From Candidatus Saccharimonadota bacterium (GTDB lineage: Bacteria; Patescibacteriota; Saccharimonadia; Saccharimonadales; Saccharimonadaceae): DNA of 64,000 nt. Every line of letters starts with the position of its first letter. Within the stretch, counting starts at the first letter, position 1. A model generated the notes under the pieces. The model had not been told where the DNA came from. It made no database searches and was given only the letters and a program-made list of their open reading frames with translations. Position numbers and translations under genes: made by a program. The stretch is taken from assembly GCA_016290315.1 (NCBI GenBank), contig JAEETK010000001.1:83157-147156 (forward strand), in the 5' to 3' direction. Of the stretch, positions 1 to 9,726 are shown piece after piece.

Positions 1-26
1 AAACAGGGGTGGAAAGATGGTAAAAT

Positions 27-1718
27 ATGAATATGATGGATAATCTTAAAGAAACAATCAAAGGAGCTATCAAAGACTTATATGGGGTCGACGATATTGC
101 TGTCGATTTTGCCGATGTGCCGGCTGAAATTGAAGGTGATTACTCGACTAATATTGCGATGCGTTTGGCGCGTCAGGCAGGCAAAGCTCCACGTGTGATT
201 GCGGAAGAGATTATTGAAAAGATAGGGGTTTGCAGTTTTGGACTTTCGATTGCGGGGCCGGGTTTTATAAATGTGGCGGTGTCTGGCAAAGTTTTGCAAA
301 AGCAATTAGCAGATGAGTGGTCGGATCATTATGGCGATAACGATTCTGGAAATGGCAAAGTTGCCTTAGTGGAATATCCAAGTACAAACATGGCGAAGCC
401 GTATTCAGTGGGACATTTGCGTCCCGGTACGCAAGGATGGGCGGCGAAAAAGTTGCTAGAAGCAAACGGTTGGAAAGTAATTACGGATAATCACCTTGGT
501 GATGTGGGCACGCCGTTTGGGATATGGGCGACGGGCTTTAAGCGTTCTGGTTTAGATTTTGATAAGGTTACAGTGTATGATCTCGGGAATATCTATATTG
601 AAATGAAGGCCGACATGAAGGCAGAGGAAAAAGCTGGTAAGCATGACTTAGCTGATGAGGCGCAGGAATGGTTAAAGAAGCTAGAAAACAAAGATCCAGA
701 AGCCGTAAAGATGTCGAAGCATTTTAACGAGATTTCGATTAATCATATGCACGAGGTGATGAAACGCCTTGGCATTTCTACCGACTATGAGATGGGGGAG
801 AGTCAATTTGTCGAAAGTGGGAAAAAGGCGGTAGAGAAATATGTTGCAGAAGGGGTGTTTGAAAAAAATGAAGACGGTTCGGTGATATGCCGCCTTGATG
901 AATACAAGATTGATGTGCCGATGCTGATGCTAAAGAGTAACGGTACTGCGCTGTATGCGACGACGGATTTAGGATGTATGTTGTATCGAGTGGAACATTT
1001 TAATCCAGACCTAATTATTATTAATACTGGGATGGAACAGAAGTTCTATTTTGAGCAGCTTTTTGCGATGGCGAAAAAGATTGGCTTGGCGGTAAATAAC
1101 TACCATTTGAACTTTGGTATGATTGACCAAATAGGTCCCGACGGGAAACGCGAGAAGATGTCTTCGCGTAAAGGCGTAGTTTTGATGGAGGCATTGTTGG
1201 ATGATGCCGAAAAACGCGTGCGAGAGAATTTTGGGGAAGGAGTGTCGGATGAGGATATACGCAAAATAGCTGTCGGCGCGATTAAGTTTTCAGATTTTGT
1301 GGCGGATCGTAAAACGGGGATTTTGTATGACCCAGACAAGATATTTGCTTTGACTGGACAATCGGGGCCATTTTGCCAATATGCATGCGTGAGGATGCGC
1401 AGAATTCTAGAGAAAAATGCTGATTTTGAGCGAGTAGATTTTGCCAGCTATGACTTTGATGCCGAAAAGAATGTTTTGCGACTATTATTAGCATTTCCAG
1501 AAATAGTTGCGGGAGTGGTTGATGGTTTTGCAATGCACAAGATAGCTGGCTTTGCATTTGAATTGGCGCAAGAATTGAATAGATATTATGAGAAAACGCC
1601 AATATCGTCTGCGGAAGATATTGAGCGTTCGGCGCGTTTGTGGATGATTGAGCGTGCGGACTATGTGTTGGCGCGGGCGTTGGATTTGCTTGGCGTTGAA
1701 ATCCCGTCAAAGATGTAA
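27..1718 (+). CDS. argS: arginine--tRNA ligase
   Basis: 563-aa ORF. It has a class I aaRS HIGH-type region (KPYSVGHLRPG) and a KMSKS-type motif (KMSSRKG), and a length typical of ArgRS. TGGTAAAAT at 17-25 lies immediately upstream, so the true start may be ATG 27, 33 or 36. Confidence 0.93.
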   Translation: MNMMDNLKETIKGAIKDLYGVDDIAVDFADVPAEIEGDYSTNIAMRLARQAGKAPRVIAEEIIEKIGVCSFGLSIAGPGFINVAVSGKVLQKQLADEWSDHYGDNDSGNGKVALVEYPSTNMAKPYSVGHLRPGTQGWAAKKLLEANGWKVITDNHLGDVGTPFGIWATGFKRSGLDFDKVTVYDLGNIYIEMKADMKAEEKAGKHDLADEAQEWLKKLENKDPEAVKMSKHFNEISINHMHEVMKRLGISTDYEMGESQFVESGKKAVEKYVAEGVFEKNEDGSVICRLDEYKIDVPMLMLKSNGTALYATTDLGCMLYRVEHFNPDLIIINTGMEQKFYFEQLFAMAKKIGLAVNNYHLNFGMIDQIGPDGKREKMSSRKGVVLMEALLDDAEKRVRENFGEGVSDEDIRKIAVGAIKFSDFVADRKTGILYDPDKIFALTGQSGPFCQYACVRMRRILEKNADFERVDFASYDFDAEKNVLRLLLAFPEIVAGVVDGFAMHKIAGFAFELAQELNRYYEKTPISSAEDIERSARLWMIERADYVLARALDLLGVEIPSKM

Positions 1719-1766
1719 ACGTATTACAGATGTGGTATATTTTAATTAAGTTAAAAGAGGAATAGT

Positions 1767-2141
1767 ATGGCTGAAGTTAAAGAAAAATCAAAAGAGCTCG
1801 CGAAGGCTGGTCTAGGCAAAGTAAAAGGTGCTGGTAGTGGCTTTATGACCTTTATTAGAGAGCAAAATGTTGTTGGTCTTGCGGTAGGCTTAATTCTTGG
1901 TACAGCCGCAAGTGGACTAGTGAATTCTTTAATTAATAATGTGATTATGCCGCCACTCGGATTTTTGCTTGGTAGCGCAGAAGGTATTCGCGGACTAGTT
2001 TTGACGATGGGTACTACTCCTACTGGTGAAGTTGCCGTTTTGCGTTACGGTGAGTTTATTAATGACTTAATTAATTTCTTGGTCCTAGCGCTAGTGATTT
2101 ATTGTGTAGTAAAAGCTTTGAAATTAGATATTAAGAAATAG
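1767..2141 (+). CDS. mscL: large-conductance mechanosensitive channel
   Basis: 124 aa. The FIREQNVVGLAVGLILGTAASGLV..NVIMPPLG segment is characteristic of MscL TM1 and its loop. SD AGAGGA lies upstream. Confidence 0.9.
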   Translation: MAEVKEKSKELAKAGLGKVKGAGSGFMTFIREQNVVGLAVGLILGTAASGLVNSLINNVIMPPLGFLLGSAEGIRGLVLTMGTTPTGEVAVLRYGEFINDLINFLVLALVIYCVVKALKLDIKK

Positions 2142-2142
2142 T

Positions 2143-2679
2143 ATGGCAAAAACATCTGAAAGAGCTACACTACTGTGGGTGGATCTTGAGATGACTGGAT
2201 TGTCGCCAGAAGAAGATAGAATTCTAGAAGTGGCGGCTATCGCAACGGATTGGGATTTTAAGGAGTATGATACTTATACTGCTGTAGTGAAATGTGATGA
2301 AAAACTAATGCGCGAGCGTATGGTGGGGGAGTTTTGGGAGAAGAACAAAGAGTCGTTTGACGCGTTAATGGCGCAAAATTCTGACGGCAAGGCGCCGACG
2401 GTGGTTGAGAAAGAGTTGTTGAAGTTTGTCAAAAAGAATTTTGGCGATACGGTATATTTAGCGGGAAACTCTATCCACCAAGATCGGAAGTTTATTGAGC
2501 GCGAATGGCCAAAGTTAAATGCTAAATTGCATTATCGGATGTTGGATGTGAGCGCATGGAAGATATATTTCGAAAACGCGTTACATCGTAGTTTTGCGAA
2601 ACCAGAGAATCATCGTGCGCTTGATGATATTCGCGGTAGCATAGAGGAGTTGAAGTGGTATCGGAAGATGATATCTTAG
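2143..2679 (+). CDS. orn: oligoribonuclease (DEDDh 3'-5' exonuclease)
   Basis: 178 aa. Exo I-like WVDLEMTGL and C-terminal HRALDDIRGSIEELKWYR motifs are typical of Orn. Confidence 0.88.
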   Translation: MAKTSERATLLWVDLEMTGLSPEEDRILEVAAIATDWDFKEYDTYTAVVKCDEKLMRERMVGEFWEKNKESFDALMAQNSDGKAPTVVEKELLKFVKKNFGDTVYLAGNSIHQDRKFIEREWPKLNAKLHYRMLDVSAWKIYFENALHRSFAKPENHRALDDIRGSIEELKWYRKMIS

Positions 2680-2972
2680 CGTATATTGCTAGATTAGAAG
2701 ACGTGTCGGAGCGTCGAGAAAATGATATGCGGATTTTTTCTCGTGGCGAAAGGATTTTTCTAATAATCGAGACGGGGACTTCGCCGTTGAGGATTGAGAC
2801 GCGTTGTGATCGCAAATTGAGTAAAACTTTGCAAGAGCGATATGAAAGCGTAATGACGAGCCGTTTGCTAGGAAATAACGGCATAGAAATAATATGCAGC
2901 GGCCAATTAACTAAGGACGAAGTATTGGATTTGGTTCGGCATAGTTTTGAAATATCTAAAGCTATAGAATAA
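2655..2972 (+). CDS. hypothetical protein, possibly MmcQ/YjbR-like
   Basis: 105-aa ORF with a GTG start that overlaps the orn 3' end. The pattern match to the YjbR fold family is weak (..RIETRCD..L..RYESV..). A strong terminator follows. Confidence 0.4.
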   Translation: MVSEDDILAYIARLEDVSERRENDMRIFSRGERIFLIIETGTSPLRIETRCDRKLSKTLQERYESVMTSRLLGNNGIEIICSGQLTKDEVLDLVRHSFEISKAIE

Positions 2973-3001
2973 AAACTCTCCCTGTGAAGGGGAGAGTTTT
3001 T
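2971..3001. terminator. bidirectional intrinsic terminator
   Basis: 9-bp stem AACTCTCCC / GGGAGAGTT (2974-2982 with 2990-2998). It is flanked by an A-tract and a T-tract and sits between convergent genes. Confidence 0.75.
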
Positions 3002-3015
3002 GGTCTTGGAAAGAA

Positions 3016-3633
3016 TTATAAAGAATCGTTAAAGCCTTGGAATAGTTCGTAGAGTTCGTCGAGGTCGCGAACGGATTGCTCGAGGACGGGCGTGAGTGAT
3101 TTGTTGGTGGTTTTCTTAATGATTTGCCGTTCGAGTGTTTTTAGCTTCATGATTTGATTGGCGGTTTGGCTGGAGTAGTAGGCGTCCATTTGGCCGCTGA
3201 TGGAAGCCTCTTGTAGTCGAGACATATAACTATTGAAAGCAGTGTTTTCCTCGGTTTTCACATCTTTTGTAAGCTTATCCTTAGAGACATTGAGGCTGCT
3301 CCAGATACCACTGAGGCTATTGTTTGTGTTAGTGATGGAAGTTTCTAGTTGGCTGGCATAGGATCGTAGCTGAGAGGAGCTGATGTACTTAGAATAGGTT
3401 TCGTAAGGACCTTTTTTGCCACAAAATTGAGTAACGCGAAGGTAGAGCCTTTCGTAGGATTGAGTCAATTTTGCGTTTGTATTGTTAATCATTACAGCAA
3501 CAATGACGATAGTAATGAGAGTGATAAGACCAGCAATTAATATCTTAATCATGACAGGAGTAAGCAGCGGTTCGTGGTTGACGGTTTTCTTGCCTTTGAC
3601 GGCGATTTGATCAAGATAAGCTTTATTGTCCAT
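3016..3633 (-). CDS. hypothetical membrane-anchored protein
   Basis: 205 aa with one N-terminal TM helix (LIAGLITLITIVIVAVMI) and a coiled-coil-like remainder. The start looks leaderless (see the promoter at 3640-3648). Confidence 0.6.
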   Translation of the reverse strand: MDNKAYLDQIAVKGKKTVNHEPLLTPVMIKILIAGLITLITIVIVAVMINNTNAKLTQSYERLYLRVTQFCGKKGPYETYSKYISSSQLRSYASQLETSITNTNNSLSGIWSSLNVSKDKLTKDVKTEENTAFNSYMSRLQEASISGQMDAYYSSQTANQIMKLKTLERQIIKKTTNKSLTPVLEQSVRDLDELYELFQGFNDSL

Positions 3634-3639
3634 GGTGAT

Positions 3640-3648
3640 ATTATAGCA
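3640..3648 (-). promoter_or_regulatory. extended -10 promoter (TGcTATAAT) for the 3016-3633 gene
   Basis: The reverse complement of 3640-3648 reads TGCTATAAT. Only 6 nt separate it from ATG at 3633, and there is no SD. Confidence 0.55.
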
Positions 3649-3727
3649 TAAACAGAATTGGCATTAGCATACTTTTGGGGTGCGCCGAGAGCTCTTTCCG
3701 TATGGGGTCGTATATCTGTTGTAGAGA

Positions 3728-3736
3728 TGATATAAT
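3728..3736 (+). promoter_or_regulatory. extended -10 promoter (TGaTATAAT) for dnaG
   Basis: TGATATAAT at 3728-3736. Six nt (TTTTAT) separate it from ATG 3743, and there is no SD. Confidence 0.55.
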
Positions 3737-3742
3737 TTTTAT

Positions 3743-5365
3743 ATGGAGGATGCTAAGGAAGAAATCCGGGCGAGGTTGGCGGTAGAAGATGTAGTTGGGC
3801 AATACATCGAGCTGAAACGTGCTGGAAGAAATTTCAAAGGGCATTCACCTTGGGGGACCGATCGTACGCCTAGCTTTATGGTTTCGCCAGATAAGGGAAT
3901 TTGGCATGATTTTTCTAGTAATAAAGGTGGCGATATTTTTACTTTCGTGATGGAGATGGAGGGGTGCACCTTCAGAGAGGCGCTTGAAAAACTGGCGCAG
4001 CAGGCGGGCGTGGAGCTTAAACGGTACAATAGTGACGATCGGAAACAAGCGGCGCATAAGCAGAGGATTCGGGATTGCCTGGAGTTAGCGACGAAGTATT
4101 TTCAGTTTTGTCTGACAAAAAACAAAGCCGTGATGGAATATGTTTTTTATAAAAGAAATTTAAATAAGAAAACGGTAGAGAATTTTCGAATTGGCTATGC
4201 GCCAAAATCCGGACGAGCGTTGGTGGATTTTCTGAAAAAGCGGGGTTTTACGGCTAAAGAAATGGAAGATGCCGGATTAGTGAATCGTTTTGGGGGTGAT
4301 TTATTTAAAGGTCGAATGACGGTTCCGTTAATGGATATATCTGGCAACGTAATTGGCTTCACGGGTAGAATTATTGAGAAAGACGATAATTCACCGAAGT
4401 ATTTGAATACGCCAGAAACGATTCTATACAATAAAGGTCGGCATATTTTTGGGCTTTCGCAGGCAAAAGACGCAATTAGGCGGACGGACTTTGTAGTGGT
4501 GGTGGAAGGGAATATGGACGTGATATCTTCACATCAGGCAGGGGTGAATCAGGCGGTAGCAACAGCCGGGACGGCAATGACGGAGATGCACCTGAAGAGT
4601 TTTTCGCGATTAACTAAAGATATTCGTTTGGCTTACGATGGAGATGAGGCGGGCGTGCGGGCGGCCGAGCGGGCAATTTCGATGGCCTCGAAATTCGGTA
4701 TCTATTTGTCGGTTATTGATGATTATCATGGATGCAAAGATGCGGATGAGTTGATACAGAAGGATCCAAAGTTGTGGCAAGAAGCAGTCGAGAATTATCA
4801 GCCCGCTTTGGAGTGGCTACTAGAAAAATATGTCGGAAAGTATAACCTAAAGACGGAAAAGGGCTTCCAAGAATACGCTACTGAGGCAAAGCGCCTGATA
4901 GATCAAATTGATTCAGAAGATGTAGTGTTGCGTGAGAAATATGAAAGAATTGTAGCGGATAGGCTAGGTATAACCCTGGAGGCCTTTAGGGCAAAGAAAA
5001 TTGTGCAACCAGAAAAGAAAAAACTAAAAAAAGCTAATATCTCTGGCGATGTTGTGATGGAGAGTAAAGTAGAGAAGAATTTAGCGGCATTAAAGATTCA
5101 TGGCGGAGTGGATTTAGGTGGCTTTGAGATACGGGACTATAATGTGGATGAACTTGGGCTGATTTTTGAGGAACGATACGAAAATTGGGCGCCAGCGGAT
5201 TTGCAAAAAGAAGCAATGGAATTAATGAAGAAAGCAGAGTCGGAACGGTTAGATTTAGAAAGAAAAGAGCTGGAAGAACAAATTCGCCAGGCCGAAGAAA
5301 AAGGCGACGAGAAGCTAGAAAACGAACTAATGCTAAAATTAAGCAAAATCTTGCGTCGAAAATAA
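3743..5365 (+). CDS. dnaG: DNA primase
   Basis: 540 aa. It has an N-terminal primase zinc-ribbon-like segment (RTPSFMVSP..GGDIFTF) and TOPRIM motifs (VVVVEGNMDV, AYDGDEAG). It lies directly upstream of rpoD, the classic MMS arrangement. Confidence 0.9.
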   Translation: MEDAKEEIRARLAVEDVVGQYIELKRAGRNFKGHSPWGTDRTPSFMVSPDKGIWHDFSSNKGGDIFTFVMEMEGCTFREALEKLAQQAGVELKRYNSDDRKQAAHKQRIRDCLELATKYFQFCLTKNKAVMEYVFYKRNLNKKTVENFRIGYAPKSGRALVDFLKKRGFTAKEMEDAGLVNRFGGDLFKGRMTVPLMDISGNVIGFTGRIIEKDDNSPKYLNTPETILYNKGRHIFGLSQAKDAIRRTDFVVVVEGNMDVISSHQAGVNQAVATAGTAMTEMHLKSFSRLTKDIRLAYDGDEAGVRAAERAISMASKFGIYLSVIDDYHGCKDADELIQKDPKLWQEAVENYQPALEWLLEKYVGKYNLKTEKGFQEYATEAKRLIDQIDSEDVVLREKYERIVADRLGITLEAFRAKKIVQPEKKKLKKANISGDVVMESKVEKNLAALKIHGGVDLGGFEIRDYNVDELGLIFEERYENWAPADLQKEAMELMKKAESERLDLERKELEEQIRQAEEKGDEKLENELMLKLSKILRRK

Positions 5366-5529
5366 ACTTGTGGTATAAAAATACTGAAATCAGCTGGAAT
5401 AGCGGACTTATTTTGATAGTAGTCCTTCCAGGAGAAAGTATAGATTGATCAAGAATATACAAAAACTATCAGAAACAAAAAACTTGCAAAAGCACGGGGC
5501 TTTTGTGTGCTAATAAAATAAGGAAGGAC

Positions 5530-6501
5530 ATGGACGAAGACGAAAAAGATTTACGTATCGATGACGAGCTAGATGAGCCTACGCTAGATGAGATGGGCGA
5601 AGAAAGCGAAGAGGATTATAATATCGATTTTGAGTCTGCCACCTATGATGAAGTAGCGGACGATTCAGTAAAACTATATCTGCGTGAAATTGGTAAAATT
5701 CCACTATTGTCAGCTGAAGAAGAGTTTGAGTTGGCGCAGAAGATTATCGGCGGTACGGAGAAAGAGAAGAAGAAAGCCAAGGATAAAATGGCCGAGTCGA
5801 ATATGCGTTTAGTGGTTTCGATTGCGAAGCGTTATTCTGGGCGCGGGCTAGATTTCTTGGATTTAATTCAGGAGGGCAACACTGGTCTTTTGCGCGCAGT
5901 TGAAAAGTTTGATCCGGATAAGGGCTTTAAGTTTTCAACTTATGCGACATGGTGGATTCGTCAGGCGATTACGCGCGCGATTGCGGATCAGGCGCGTACG
6001 ATTCGTATTCCAGTGCATATGGTTGAAACGATTAATAAAGTTTTGCGTACGCAACGTCGTTTGACGCAAGAGTTGAATCGTGAGCCTTCGACGGAAGAAA
6101 TTGCGAAAGCTATGGGGATGGAACCGGAAAAGATTGAGTATGTAATGAAAATCAAGCAGGACATCGCTTCCTTGGACGCATCGGTTGGGCGCGACGGCGA
6201 AGATGACGATTCGTCGTTGGGCGATTTTATCGAAGATGAAGATCGTGTTTCGCCAGAAGATTCTGCGGCTACGCAACTTTTGAAAGAGCAAATAGCTTCG
6301 ATTTTGCAGACTCTGACTGATCGTGAACAAAAGATTATTAAAATGCGTTTTGGCATAGGTGGTGGTAAGAGTCATACGCTCGAAGAGGTGGGCGCAGAGT
6401 TTTCGGTCACGCGTGAGCGTATTCGTCAAATTGAGGCGAAAGCCTTAACGAAATTACGCAAAAATAAAGATACAAAGAAGTTACACGAGTATTTGAAGTA
6501 A
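5530..6501 (+). CDS. rpoD: RNA polymerase sigma-70 factor
   Basis: Region 2 ([19 protein letters not shown]), region 3 and region 4 ([20 protein letters not shown]) are present. I place the start at ATG 5530, behind SD AGGAAGGA, rather than at the track's TTG 5503. Confidence 0.95.
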   Translation: MDEDEKDLRIDDELDEPTLDEMGEESEEDYNIDFESATYDEVADDSVKLYLREIGKIPLLSAEEEFELAQKIIGGTEKEKKKAKDKMAESNMRLVVSIAKRYSGRGLDFLDLIQEGNTGLLRAVEKFDPDKGFKFSTYATWWIRQAITRAIADQARTIRIPVHMVETINKVLRTQRRLTQELNREPSTEEIAKAMGMEPEKIEYVMKIKQDIASLDASVGRDGEDDDSSLGDFIEDEDRVSPEDSAATQLLKEQIASILQTLTDREQKIIKMRFGIGGGKSHTLEEVGAEFSVTRERIRQIEAKALTKLRKNKDTKKLHEYLK

Positions 6502-6526
6502 AAGTTGACACACAGTTGTTAATTAA

Positions 6527-6562
6527 GAAATATTTCAGGCAAGTGTCCTGAAATATTTTTTT
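6527..6562 (+). terminator. intrinsic terminator after rpoD
   Basis: 13-bp stem GAAATATTTCAGG / CCTGAAATATTTT with a 7-nt loop, followed by a T-tract. Confidence 0.8.
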
Positions 6563-6589
6563 AAAATATTGCTTTTAATAATAAAAAGT

Positions 6590-6618
6590 TTGATTTTTGC
6601 ACTAAACATAAGTACAAT
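6590..6618 (+). promoter_or_regulatory. sigma-70 promoter for the pilT-pilC operon
   Basis: TTGATT, 17 nt, then TACAAT. The -10 hexamer ends 6 nt before ATG 6625, which suggests a leaderless mRNA. Confidence 0.6.
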
Positions 6619-6624
6619 AGTGTT

Positions 6625-7770
6625 ATGGAACAAAGTGGGCAGGTGAATAATTCTGTTTCGGCAGCGGGAGCTCCGGCGATGTCGATGGCTACGCCGACGA
6701 TTTCAAATGCGGACGTTCGTATCGAAAGTCTCTTGGAGGAATGCGTTAGGACAAAGGCAAGTGATTTGCATTTGCAAGTAGGGTTGCCGCCGATTCTACG
6801 TATTGATGGCGCACTGCAACCGGTTTCTGGTTACGGAAACTTGGATGAGCCAACGGTTGAGCGATTAATTTTTTCGACGCTCGAAGAAGACCAGAAACAG
6901 ATTCTGATTAAAGATAAAGAGTTTGACTATTCGTTTTCGTTTGGCGATTTGGGTCGCTTTCGTGTAAACGCCTTCCATGAGAAGGGGAATTTGGCCGGTG
7001 CATTTCGCTTAATTCCGAACGAGATTCAGTCGATTAATGAGCTAGGTATGCCGTCGGTAGTGACGAGCTTCGCAGATTTTCCGCGTGGATTAGTATTAGT
7101 AACTGGCCCAACTGGTTCAGGTAAGTCTACGACGCTAGCAGCTTTAGTTGACAAGATAAACCGCGAAAAATCCGTTCATATCATCACAATTGAGGATCCA
7201 ATCGAGTTTACGCACAAATCTTTGCGTTCGGTAGTCGTACAGCGCGAGGTGCACTACGATACTTATTCATTCTCGGCGGCTTTACGCTCGGCACTTCGCG
7301 AAGATCCGGATGTAGTACTAATTGGTGAGATGCGCGATCTCGAGACAATTTCGGCCGCTATTACGATTGCGGAAACTGGGCACTTAGTTTTTGCGACGCT
7401 GCATACAAACTCTGCCTCTCAGAGTATTGACCGTATGATTGACGTATTCCCGCCACATCAGCAACCACAGGTACGTTCCCAGTTGTCGAACATTTTGCAG
7501 GCAATTTGCGCTCAGCGCTTGGTGCCGGCGATTGGTGGCGGACGTGTAGTTGCAGCGGAAATCTTGATTGCGAATCCAGCAGTACGCTCGGTGATTCGTG
7601 AAGGGAAAACACACCAACTTGATACGATTATTCAGACTGGTGCCGATCAAGGTATGCAGACGATGGATCGTACTTTGGTGAAACTGATTCAGACTGGTGC
7701 GATTACTTATGATAGTGCACGCGAATTTGCGGTAGATTTGCAAGAATTCGAGAGGTTAGCTAGAGGATGA
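6625..7770 (+). CDS. pilT: type IV pilus retraction ATPase PilT
   Basis: 381 aa. It has Walker A GPTGSGKSTT, Asp box/Walker B (VVLIGEMRD), a His box (HLVFATLHTNSA) and the PilT-type AIRNLIREGK-like motif (AVRSVIREGK). Confidence 0.9.
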   Translation: MEQSGQVNNSVSAAGAPAMSMATPTISNADVRIESLLEECVRTKASDLHLQVGLPPILRIDGALQPVSGYGNLDEPTVERLIFSTLEEDQKQILIKDKEFDYSFSFGDLGRFRVNAFHEKGNLAGAFRLIPNEIQSINELGMPSVVTSFADFPRGLVLVTGPTGSGKSTTLAALVDKINREKSVHIITIEDPIEFTHKSLRSVVVQREVHYDTYSFSAALRSALREDPDVVLIGEMRDLETISAAITIAETGHLVFATLHTNSASQSIDRMIDVFPPHQQPQVRSQLSNILQAICAQRLVPAIGGGRVVAAEILIANPAVRSVIREGKTHQLDTIIQTGADQGMQTMDRTLVKLIQTGAITYDSAREFAVDLQEFERLARG

Positions 7771-8966
7771 AACGTTTTACCTACAAGGCCAAAGAGCAGA
7801 GTTCTGGCAAGGTCATTAAGGGTACGATTCAGGCAGAGACTGAACGTGTTGCTGGAAAGCTCTTGGTTGATCGCGGATATGTTCCGGAATATATCAAAGA
7901 GGAAGGTGGCGGTCTTGCTGATAAGATGAATAAAGTTACGTCGAAAGACCGTATTAACTTTACTCGTCAGTTCGCGACTCTTGTAGGTGCTGGTTTACCA
8001 ATTGCGCAGTCTTTACGCTCAGTTTCAGAACAGACCCAGAATAAATCCATGAAGGCGATTATTGAAGAAATTTTGGCCGATGTGGAAGCGGGTCGTCCGC
8101 TTAGTACGGCTTTCGCTAAACACCCAGATACATTTAATAAAGTATATCTATCTTTGATTAAGGCAGGTGAAACTTCTGGTACGCTTGACCAGAGTTTGCG
8201 TCGTATTGCAGAGCAGGAAGAGAAGGACCAGAAGATGCTCGGCAAAATTAAGAGTGCCATGACGATGCCGTTAATTACTTTATTTGTAATTATTGTAGTG
8301 TTTATTTATATGATGCTTGAGGTTGTTCCGCATGTCGAATCTCTATACAGTGACCTCGGTGAAGAGTTGCCAACATTAACTTTGATAATGGTAGGCATTA
8401 AGGATTTCTTGATAAACTTCTGGTGGCTGGTAATTGTTATTTTAGGCGTGATGGTTGCCTTCTTTATGCAATGGCGTAAGACGGACAATGGTATACACGT
8501 GATGGCGACAATTAAATTAAATGTGCCGATGTTTAATGGGTTGTTTAGAATTCTTTACATGTCCCGTTTTGCACGTATTTCACAGATTTTGCTTTCCACT
8601 GGTGTTGCGGTACTAGATACGATGAATATTGCTGGAGAAGCGACGGCGAACGTGGTTATTCAGGAGAAGATAGATGCGGCGGGAGAGAAAGTGCAATCAG
8701 GTCGTCCGCTTTCAGAAGCGTTGAAAGAGCAAGAATATATTGATCCATTAGTATATCAAATGGCGGCGATTGGTGAGCAGTCTGGTAAAATGGACGAAAT
8801 GCTAGGTAAGGCCGCGCAGGTGTTTGAAGATGAGCTTGACGAGAAGATTGCGACAATTTCGGCAATGATTGAGCCAGTGATGATGATTATGCTCGCAGTC
8901 GTGGCGGGTCTCTTGGTAGGTGGCGTTTTGTTCCCGATTTACTCCTTGGTCAACTCGATTGGTTAG
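7767..8966 (+). CDS. pilC: type IV pilus platform protein PilC (GspF family)
   Basis: 399 aa with two GspF-type repeats and three TM segments. It overlaps the pilT stop by 4 nt (ATGA). Confidence 0.9.
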   Translation: MKRFTYKAKEQSSGKVIKGTIQAETERVAGKLLVDRGYVPEYIKEEGGGLADKMNKVTSKDRINFTRQFATLVGAGLPIAQSLRSVSEQTQNKSMKAIIEEILADVEAGRPLSTAFAKHPDTFNKVYLSLIKAGETSGTLDQSLRRIAEQEEKDQKMLGKIKSAMTMPLITLFVIIVVFIYMMLEVVPHVESLYSDLGEELPTLTLIMVGIKDFLINFWWLVIVILGVMVAFFMQWRKTDNGIHVMATIKLNVPMFNGLFRILYMSRFARISQILLSTGVAVLDTMNIAGEATANVVIQEKIDAAGEKVQSGRPLSEALKEQEYIDPLVYQMAAIGEQSGKMDEMLGKAAQVFEDELDEKIATISAMIEPVMMIMLAVVAGLLVGGVLFPIYSLVNSIG

Positions 8967-9007
8967 AAGAAATATAAATAAATTTATAAATTTGTTAAAA
9001 AATAAGC

Positions 9008-9036
9008 TTGATTTTAGCATAAACATTTTGTATAGT
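9008..9036 (+). promoter_or_regulatory. sigma-70 promoter for the major pilin gene
   Basis: TTGATT (9008-9013), 17 nt, then TATAGT (9031-9036). This leaves a 5' UTR of about 90 nt with small hairpins before SD AAAGGAG. Confidence 0.6.
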
Positions 9037-9133
9037 TAGTGCAGATGCAGTTTTGCAGTTGGCAATCACAGAGTGGGTATCTCTGTAGCCAAAGGGCAAT
9101 TGCTGATTGCAAAAATAAAAAAGGAGTATCAAA

Positions 9134-9664
9134 ATGACAAACAAAAATAAAAAAGGCTTCACGATCATTGAGGTAGTCTTGGTTCTTGCCATCGCAGGTC
9201 TTATCTTCTTGATGGTATTCATTGCGCTTCCTGCTTTGCAGCGTTCACAACGCAATACTCAGCGTGAAGATGATTTGGCACGTATTATTACTGCCGTTAA
9301 TAACTATCAGTCTAACAACCAAGGTAAGGTTCCATTCAAGGATGGTACGACCGCAGCTGATTTAGCTAAGTTCGTAAGCCGCTATGTAGATAGTACTTGT
9401 GTCTTGGACGGTACTGCAATCAAGTGTGATGACAACTCGAACGAGTTCCGTGATCCACAGGGTGATACCTACAAGATTGAAAGCAAAGGTAAAGCTACTG
9501 ACGGTACTGACGTAAGTGGTTCAATGCAGGAAAAGACTTTCTACGGTTACTACAACGCTACTTGTGGCGATGAAGGTATCGTAAAGGCTGGTACTGGTGA
9601 CCGCGATGTTGCTGTCTTCATGAAGCTAGAAGGTGGTGCTATCGCTTGTAACGATAACCACTAA
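9134..9664 (+). CDS. pilA: type IV pilin (prepilin with class III signal)
   Basis: The N-terminus is MTNKNKKGFTIIEVVLVLAIAGLIF, which gives a G/F cleavage site, E at +5 and a hydrophobic helix. C-terminal Cys pairs are present. The gene has its own promoter and terminator. Confidence 0.88.
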   Translation: MTNKNKKGFTIIEVVLVLAIAGLIFLMVFIALPALQRSQRNTQREDDLARIITAVNNYQSNNQGKVPFKDGTTAADLAKFVSRYVDSTCVLDGTAIKCDDNSNEFRDPQGDTYKIESKGKATDGTDVSGSMQEKTFYGYYNATCGDEGIVKAGTGDRDVAVFMKLEGGAIACNDNH

Positions 9665-9682
9665 TATCTGTCTAGATATTCA

Positions 9683-9709
9683 AAGGAGCTCCGTATGGGG
9701 CTCCTTTTT
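9683..9709 (+). terminator. intrinsic terminator after the pilin gene
   Basis: 8-bp stem GGAGCTCC / GGGGCTCC with a GTAT loop, followed by TTTTT. Confidence 0.75.
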
Positions 9710-9726
9710 GTGGTAATATAAGAGGT

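Noticed and set aside
5503-5529. The TTG start at 5503 for rpoD.
   Set aside because: AGGAAGGA lies inside these codons, at the correct SD distance from ATG 5530. The added residues (MCANKIRKD) are not sigma-70-like.
9012-9030. A minus-strand TGCTAAAAT-like extended -10, which would be an antisense promoter facing the pilC 3' end.
   Set aside because: The same bases form the 17-nt spacer of a well-formed plus-strand TTGATT/TATAGT promoter for the pilin gene. There is no minus-strand gene or RNA structure downstream. It is probably coincidental in AT-rich DNA.
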